The position numbers and the translations under genes were made by a program. Below the pieces are notes generated by a model. The model worked only from the letters and a program-made list of their open reading frames with translations. It was not told the origin of the DNA and ran no database searches. Positions 58,501-64,000 of a stretch of 64,000 bases of DNA are shown here, in pieces (within the stretch, counting starts at the first letter, position 1; the number at the start of each line of letters is the position of its first letter). Origin of the DNA: Candidatus Pacearchaeota archaeon (GTDB taxonomy: Archaea; Nanobdellota; Nanobdellia; Pacearchaeales; GW2011-AR1); contig JAGVXB010000013.1 in NCBI GenBank assembly GCA_018303995.1, positions 27,490 to 91,489 on the forward strand, in the 5' to 3' direction.

Positions 58501-60883
58501 CATCTTTACAATCACCTCTAATTCTTTCAATTAAAGCCTTTCTAGCTTCAATATCATCAAAAGATTCCCCTGCAAAAAATCCTTCTCTATTAAGATACAT
58601 ACTACTTTTTTCTATACTAGAAGTAACTTCATTAGTTTTTTTAATAGCTTTAACCCTAGCTTCAACACTTTTCTTTATATCAGGAGAATGAGTATTATAA
58701 CATTCTGTCAAAGTTGACGAACCTGGCTTCTTAGCATTAACCTCATTTTGACAAATCTTAGTCCATCCGTTATCTCCTGACATCGCATCACGCCTAGCAC
58801 GAGTTTCTCCATCTAAGCCCGTAATAAAATTCTTAACTATTAAAACACCTGCAGTAGCAAAACAAGCTCCCTTCAGCCCACGAACAACATTCCCTAAATT
58901 ATTAGAGATAGACTGCCATTGTTTTATTGTCTTATTCAAATTTTCAATTCTTTTCTTAGCCTTAGAAGGCGTAAGCTCAATAGCCCTCTTTTCAATTCCA
59001 ATTCCAACAGTAAAATTACCAACAGTGCTTGACCGAGTTACTGGAGAAATAGTTAACTTGACAAAAGTTTGAACATCTATATTAGAAACTTTAACAACTC
59101 CCCCACACGCAGTAACTGTAGAACCTCTCAAACTAAGAAGACCTTTGTAATCTTTATTATTTTGCCTAGAATTAGAACAATCTACATTAACATTAACAGT
59201 TTCTGCATCTTTAATAGAAAGCAATGTAACATTTCCTATACTTAAACTTGCAGTTTTTCCTAACTCTACAACTTTTTCTTCTATTTTATCAGCAGTGCTC
59301 CAAGTAATTTTAGCACTGGATTTCTTTTCAGATTCAAGAACTTCTATAAGTTTTATAATATGAAAACCATCATCTGTTTCAACTTTTTGTCCCGCAACAG
59401 AACTATCTCTAGTATAAAGACTATTCAAAATACCGATAAACTCAACAGAATTCTTTCCATCAGGATACAATTGAAGATATTTTTCTATAAGTTTGGCAGC
59501 AGTATTTTTCTTCTCCTTATCTTTAGACAAATAAATAGCAGCACTTAACGCTTTTTCACCATAAAACTCTGCAAGATTGTTTTTCTCATTACCATAAGAA
59601 TCAGCAACCTCTTCGTAATATTTAGTCGCATTATTTATATATCTCTCAAGTTCTCCATAATTAGCATCAATAAGTTTATTTTGAGAAACAGGCCTCACAG
59701 AATAAATAGGCACTATTTGAGATTTAGAATCACTAATTTTAGTAATATTATACTCCGTCTCGCCACTCTTTTTGTTTACTATAACTGCATTAAGAATATA
59801 TTTATTGTTAAAATTAACTTTAAATCCGTCTTCAACAGCATACACTTCATCGCCAACTTTAAGCAATTGCACTGAACTAAATAGTTTAAAAGTTTCTCTT
59901 CCACAACTAATATCTACATCTCCTTTATTAGAATTTCCGGAAACTTTCCTAACCACACACTTATCACTCAAAAATCTAGAACCTTCATACAAATCAAGAA
60001 CATCATCATCTACTTTAATTCTAGCAATTACTGAAGGCGAAACAAAATCAGAATAACTAAACTGAAGAGAAGTCTGACAATAACTTCCAGGAAGATAAAC
60101 AGAACCAGGTTGCGGCTGATTTTTTCTTAAACCTATTTCTGAATATTTTATATCTCCTGAATAAAGTTCTACTTTTATTGAATCAGTATTTACATCTTTA
60201 ACCCTTACAGAAAATTTTCCCCCAAAAAATGTTTGTTTGTTTTTAGCAACTTTCCACTCTTCATCCGAGTTCTCTCTAAGAAGCATTTCAGTAGTCCCTA
60301 TGCCTACAGAATTTCCAGAATAATAATCCACACTTGCAGACAAAGTAAAGTTAAAGAATTTAGGCAGACTCGTCTCATTAGCATTCCTCTTCAAAACAAC
60401 AACAACATATCCAATATTACTTTTCAAAGGACTACCTAACAAAGTATTGGTTGTCCTTAATGCCGCATTAGCTGGATGAAATCCAACTCCAGCAACCTCA
60501 GGCGGATAACGTCCATTAAAACGCAGATTTCTAATCTGTTTAATATCTATTATAGGATTAATCTGCAATAAATCCAACTGACAGAAAACAGGTACATTCT
60601 GCTCTGCAATTAAATCGCTCCTTACAACAGCAGGCTGACATCCAACAGGAGAAACCTGAATCAATATATCTTGATTATCAGAACATTCAGCCCTATTAGA
60701 AAGAACAGGCCAATAAGTAGCAACTTGCGAACCATAATAACTATTAAAACTGCTCCCATAATTAACATAACTTGCAGTACCACTCCTTCCTCCAAAAAAA
60801 GCCCCTCCAGAACCTTGAACCTGAGCACTAACAAAAGAAAACAAAAACAAAATCAAAGCAAAGAATAAAAATAATTTTCTCAT
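55592..60883 (-). CDS. Giant secreted/surface protein (1763 aa), Cys-rich, no recognisable catalytic motif
   Basis: Signal peptide MRKLFLFFALILFLFSFVSA. Continuous ORF. A 4-nt overlap with the upstream 624-aa gene suggests an operon. Confidence 0.6.
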   Translation of the reverse strand: MRKLFLFFALILFLFSFVSAQVQGSGGAFFGGRSGTASYVNYGSSFNSYYGSQVATYWPVLSNRAECSDNQDILIQVSPVGCQPAVVRSDLIAEQNVPVFCQLDLLQINPIIDIKQIRNLRFNGRYPPEVAGVGFHPANAALRTTNTLLGSPLKSNIGYVVVVLKRNANETSLPKFFNFTLSASVDYYSGNSVGIGTTEMLLRENSDEEWKVAKNKQTFFGGKFSVRVKDVNTDSIKVELYSGDIKYSEIGLRKNQPQPGSVYLPGSYCQTSLQFSYSDFVSPSVIARIKVDDDVLDLYEGSRFLSDKCVVRKVSGNSNKGDVDISCGRETFKLFSSVQLLKVGDEVYAVEDGFKVNFNNKYILNAVIVNKKSGETEYNITKISDSKSQIVPIYSVRPVSQNKLIDANYGELERYINNATKYYEEVADSYGNEKNNLAEFYGEKALSAAIYLSKDKEKKNTAAKLIEKYLQLYPDGKNSVEFIGILNSLYTRDSSVAGQKVETDDGFHIIKLIEVLESEKKSSAKITWSTADKIEEKVVELGKTASLSIGNVTLLSIKDAETVNVNVDCSNSRQNNKDYKGLLSLRGSTVTACGGVVKVSNIDVQTFVKLTISPVTRSSTVGNFTVGIGIEKRAIELTPSKAKKRIENLNKTIKQWQSISNNLGNVVRGLKGACFATAGVLIVKNFITGLDGETRARRDAMSGDNGWTKICQNEVNAKKPGSSTLTECYNTHSPDIKKSVEARVKAIKKTNEVTSSIEKSSMYLNREGFFAGESFDDIEARKALIERIRGDCKDVKFNSENVEKDVVGLLPEKVDNENVKQYGYSQLRDIYYNCQTVNSADSEQGLKKAKTDLSVIGKSIEDRKKYENTQGLYNGISVYPIDDGKPHGKYSGDTVEKLKGKSITGFPAELSGNTPAQVVMGENGKSYLVTFNPDKDNKYIVDKVYSLNDKVVGSKIENWKRDVGKLPASFDLINSAKYNNQFAPGELTVRYFDTEPYKGTPAVVPFDLTRGFYAVTTQSLPILGQTKSYESNGRPSSFYVCNVMDDKYIGFYSPNYGDDECVQFNIYTGQPFTSFPGLSESDTKKLVSDAIRALEEAAQQYGKKSVKIGGNMINVGNSAALLPGSQCQTYMSAEDCKLLFNVCDPVICPVSRCNLGGTYYVSDVIQSGIIGSALLCLPNIKEGIVMPVCLTGLKAGIDGYLSILKSHQQCLQEAVDTGKYVGICDQINSVYMCEFFWRQAAPIAKAALPKLIEYMYTGGQGNVRGGGEYMTVKDSWQNMEDSASYFTQNYAANSFEAFKIRNVEEAGTEVCRAFVSVKGPKTFETLVEPDSPAQFHAWYSAIDFTDATVPATSQYKVFYHIFAGNDRGVSYSVYLKDPPADVQYSSNPVVVVANGFAAKGQYATESKDFTAPKGYKQLCVRINDKEECGFKQVSSSFAVDYVKDSILSDELTRTDITTESECVSGSVSPAALLNPNLQSVGEEALNPAIYNRGIVRICATSNPGSATDPVRFVKVGDCGSPRMGCWLDKNSVSKTIEAGNVGLKNQTLSEINAIQKSNFEESGEFKSKGDIKTKLDEIKVRIRQVTETTIGLILKDLDDLFDNAFWNEDKAEILLSKATVYENMFKNSIGGAKVSGAPAVAVTPSAGAESASGVSGERVLSFVKEPKTGRDYIWVNVGESDQKNTGIFIIGEGVFFDNVGRIGHVDDGRIIFEGKGDVDLVDDAFEINGVYELFKEQTITVDQIQTGSYNLDVGNTLSGRVEL

Positions 60884-62754
60884 TGGAATTTCAATTGCAC
60901 TCCCAGTGTTTCAAACACTTCATAATTATATTGCAACTGTTCAAGTGAATTAGGAACGGGCAATTCACTAACATCAATTATAACTTTGCCATTTTCAAGT
61001 TCACTTCCAAGAATATAATAATCCTCAAGCTTACCCCCGCCACGTAAAGCATAATCTATCTTAGTAGCCGGAATTTCAACAGGAACACATTCTTCTTTAG
61101 TGCCTCCAAATATTCCTATAATCCCTCCGCGACTAACTTCAAAACACTCAGTCTTAGTAGTTGCAGGAATAACAACATTAGAATTGCCATAAACAAAAGC
61201 CTTAATATTATACAATCCCTCTTTCAAAGTAACTTTATTCATTTCTGGAAGAACAACATTTGCCGAATAATCTTCTCCAGTAAAATGAACTACAGCAGTA
61301 GAATTTCTCACAACTTTTCCACCCAAACGAATTTCAACATCAAGAGAATATTCCTTCTCTAAAATAATTTCAGCAAAACTTTGAGAATTAGAAGAAAACA
61401 AAACCTTAGAATCTGCATATCCATCAGCAGTAGCAACCAACTGCCCATTAACACAAACAGGTATCTTAGCATTCAATCCCAAAACAGTAGTTTCTCCGAT
61501 ATCGCATGAACTATCAAAACAATTATAACTAACATTTGCAGAAACTGGATTCAATTGAGAATCATAAGTATTAACAGTTACACTATTTTCAGCAAACGAG
61601 CAAACATCAACATCAGATTCATCAGAAATCTCACTATAAACAGGCTCACCAACAACATTATTATCTATATCCACAACAACAGGAAACTGAAAGTTCTCTA
61701 AACCATCACCAATCTGCACAAGCACAGGAAATCTTAAATCATATACAAAATGATAAGGCACATAACAGAACCCCATTATTCCAAGCCCTTCCTGAGTTCC
61801 CACAGGCTCAGCAACCATAAGTGCCTGAGAAGCAGGAGTTATTTCTATTTTACTCGGAAATTCTTCAGCCAAATACATTAAATTAACTGGCTCTTTAACA
61901 TTATTATTAACTGTAAAGTACTTATCTTTTTTATTTCCTCCAGAAAATCCAATAGCTCCGATATTCGCAGACAAACTGTTCTTAATTTCAGAAACTACTT
62001 CAGGAGTCTTCCATATTTTAGGACTACATTGAACTTCAACACCATCAACAGGAGCATAAGACTGCAAAACGTCTAAAGCATAATTCTCCAAAAATAAAGA
62101 GCCCCTTTCATAATTATTAATAGAAACAGCATCTTTGTAAAGAAGTCCTAATTTGCTATTTACATTTGCCTTATGAGTTATCTTTCTAGCACTGTCTTCA
62201 TCAAAATAAACGCTCAAAGGAGCATCAACACTAACTAAAACAGAATTATCTTCAATATTAACGGACACCGCAGGCTCACTCTTCTCAATGATAAATCCAC
62301 GAGCAGTAAAATCAGAAAAATCACAATCATTAACTCTTTCAGAAACAAAATCCTCAATTTCAGACTCCATATCTCCAACGGTAGGAACATTATTTATAAC
62401 TAAATTATTCTCTGAAAATCCATACCAATAAGGAATCTTAACCCCTAAAAAATTCAAATGTGTCGAAAAAGGACTAAAGTCACTTGCACGAGTCAACTCA
62501 CCAATATCAATTCTCCCACCTTGAGACGAAAGCAAACTTATCCCATTAGATGCTTCTTCAGATATACAAGCATCATAACGAGCATAAACAGGCGCAAGCC
62601 CAGCAGGAATATTACTCCCAAAAATAGAATCCTTGAAAGAGATAAACAAAACAATAATTCCAACAACAACAATAGCAATAATTACAAATATAGTTACCTG
62701 CCCAATTCGATTATTCATCATTTTTATCTCCTTTAACAACTTTCTCCTTGACAA
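60880..62754 (-). CDS. N-terminally membrane-anchored extracellular protein (624 aa)
   Basis: TM helix VTIFVIIAIVVVGIIVLFI, then a large Ser/Val/Asn-rich ectodomain. Confidence 0.5.
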   Translation of the reverse strand: MSRRKLLKEIKMMNNRIGQVTIFVIIAIVVVGIIVLFISFKDSIFGSNIPAGLAPVYARYDACISEEASNGISLLSSQGGRIDIGELTRASDFSPFSTHLNFLGVKIPYWYGFSENNLVINNVPTVGDMESEIEDFVSERVNDCDFSDFTARGFIIEKSEPAVSVNIEDNSVLVSVDAPLSVYFDEDSARKITHKANVNSKLGLLYKDAVSINNYERGSLFLENYALDVLQSYAPVDGVEVQCSPKIWKTPEVVSEIKNSLSANIGAIGFSGGNKKDKYFTVNNNVKEPVNLMYLAEEFPSKIEITPASQALMVAEPVGTQEGLGIMGFCYVPYHFVYDLRFPVLVQIGDGLENFQFPVVVDIDNNVVGEPVYSEISDESDVDVCSFAENSVTVNTYDSQLNPVSANVSYNCFDSSCDIGETTVLGLNAKIPVCVNGQLVATADGYADSKVLFSSNSQSFAEIILEKEYSLDVEIRLGGKVVRNSTAVVHFTGEDYSANVVLPEMNKVTLKEGLYNIKAFVYGNSNVVIPATTKTECFEVSRGGIIGIFGGTKEECVPVEIPATKIDYALRGGGKLEDYYILGSELENGKVIIDVSELPVPNSLEQLQYNYEVFETLGVQLKFQ

Positions 62755-62995
62755 GCTCGATAATTGCAGTATTAATATCTTTATCTATACTCTCCTTAAA
62801 CTTCTCCCATAACTTCTCGTCCTCAATCAAAAGTAAATACTTTTTCAAATTACAACCTCTCCTTCCAAGACAATTTTCACCATAACCTCAAACAACAAAA
62901 AGCAAAGGGAGTATATAAATATTATTAGTAACTTAGTCAGTAAGTTACTTACTTAGTAAGTAAAACGTTAAATAAAAGAAAGGATTCCTGAATAA

Positions 62996-63742
62996 ATGCG
63001 CATCAAAGTATTACAGTGGAACATTCTGTATAAGGAGAAAATAAAAAATGTATTAGAAACAATAAAAGAATTACAACCAGATATTATTTGTCTTCAAGAA
63101 GCTACTCAAGAGAGCCCATTTAATAACTATATAGATACTATAAAGTTTGTCGCAGATAACCTATCTTTCTGCCACATTTTTGCTCCAGGACAAAAATTCC
63201 TTCCAGAAGGAAATATTACAGGCAATGCAATAATCTCAAGATATCCATTAAAAGAAATAGAAATTGGTATATTGCAAAAAGAAAAACAAGATTTTAATGA
63301 CGAAACCCCTGAAGGAAGATCTTATGTTAAAGCAAAACTAATTTTACCAGAAAACAAACAGGCAACAATAGTTACAACACATATGACTTTCACCCCTTTT
63401 TTTAGAGACAATTTAGAAAAAACAGAAGAAAACAAAAAAATAATCAAATTTCTGAAAAAAGAAAGGGACCCATTAATATTTACAGGAGATTTTAATTCTC
63501 CTCCAAGTTCAAATATCGTGGCAGAATTAAATAAGTTCATGAAGCATGCTGGTCCAGATTTCAATCAAAAAACATGGACAACCAAGTTACCATTCCAGTA
63601 CAGAGGTTTTGAAGAAAAAGAGTTTCTAAAATGGCGACTGGATTATATTTTCGTAAGTAAAGGGATCAAGATATATTCGTCCAAAATAATAGAAACTAGA
63701 TTTAGTGACCATTTACCAATATTGGCAGAACTAGAAATCTAA
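62996..63742 (+). CDS. Endonuclease/exonuclease/phosphatase (EEP) family protein
   Basis: N-terminal LQWNI...DIICLQEAT and C-terminal SDHLPILAELEI (SDHxPV catalytic His motif). Confidence 0.8.
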   Translation: MRIKVLQWNILYKEKIKNVLETIKELQPDIICLQEATQESPFNNYIDTIKFVADNLSFCHIFAPGQKFLPEGNITGNAIISRYPLKEIEIGILQKEKQDFNDETPEGRSYVKAKLILPENKQATIVTTHMTFTPFFRDNLEKTEENKKIIKFLKKERDPLIFTGDFNSPPSSNIVAELNKFMKHAGPDFNQKTWTTKLPFQYRGFEEKEFLKWRLDYIFVSKGIKIYSSKIIETRFSDHLPILAELEI

Positions 63743-63769
63743 AAAGTAAATCCCCAAACCACAACCGAC

Positions 63770-64000
63770 CTAATAAGGAGACCGAACCTTCAAGCCATCA
63801 ATCTTCTCAAAATCTTTTACATTTCGCGTCAGCAATTCAGCCTTACAAATAATAGCCGTAGCAGCAATAATAGAATCAGGCATATCTGTTCCATAAATTC
63901 TTGATAAATCTCCTGCTTTAAGAGCAATCATATTATCGACCGGGATTTTACTTAATCCATTAAGCATATTAATCACAAGAGATCTAACATTATTATCAAA
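63770..64000 (-). CDS. PIN-domain protein, C-terminal part (gene runs off the window end)
   Basis: DSIIAATAIICKAELLTRNVKDFEKI is the C-terminal PIN motif. The Met at 63976 is internal. Confidence 0.5.
   Translation of the reverse strand, partial: FDNNVRSLVINMLNGLSKIPVDNMIALKAGDLSRIYGTDMPDSIIAATAIICKAELLTRNVKDFEKIDGLKVRSPY

Noticed and set aside
1-64000. Searched for rRNA genes, CRISPR repeats, transposase/IS termini and integrase genes
   Set aside because: No GC-rich rRNA-like stretch, no periodic repeat-spacer structure, and no DDE-transposase or tyrosine-recombinase motifs were recognised.

Overview
This 64 kb window is AT-rich (roughly 30% GC by eye) and is densely coding on both strands. 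The gene content is archaeal, and the small genome style, giant secreted proteins and bacterial-type tRNA synthetases suggest a DPANN-like archaeon. Recognisable archaeal housekeeping genes include:
- TBP, TFB and TFE
- RNA polymerase subunit L
- ribosomal proteins S8e and S17e
- an Sm protein
- the tRNA-splicing endonuclease
- RNase Z
- an ATP-dependent DNA ligase and RadB
- archaeal/eukaryal-type GlyRS

Alongside these sit bacterial-type LeuRS and AlaRS, two VapBC-like toxin-antitoxin pairs plus an orphan PIN fragment, and three tRNAs (Met-CAT; Cys-GCA; Arg-TCT, which has a putative 17-nt intron). Two paralogous free-standing LAGLIDADG endonuclease genes lie next to the tRNAs. There are also several very large secreted or surface proteins, including a 1763-aa protein and an S8 subtilisin with C-terminal repeats.

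The most unusual observations are:
- The alanyl-tRNA synthetase gene is split by a frameshift, and a second stand-alone AlaRS catalytic-core-like ORF lies in a TrmB-flanked cluster with a methyltransferase and a phosphoribosyltransferase.
- That second ORF carries an in-frame 12-nt tandem repeat.
- Several apparent domain fusions: acylphosphatase-UppS and ScpB-GT2.
- A tandem-paralog small membrane protein cluster.
- A phosphatase-kinase operon.
- Small RHH ORFs coupled to downstream genes through ATGA overlaps.

No CRISPR array, rRNA or obvious transposase was seen.
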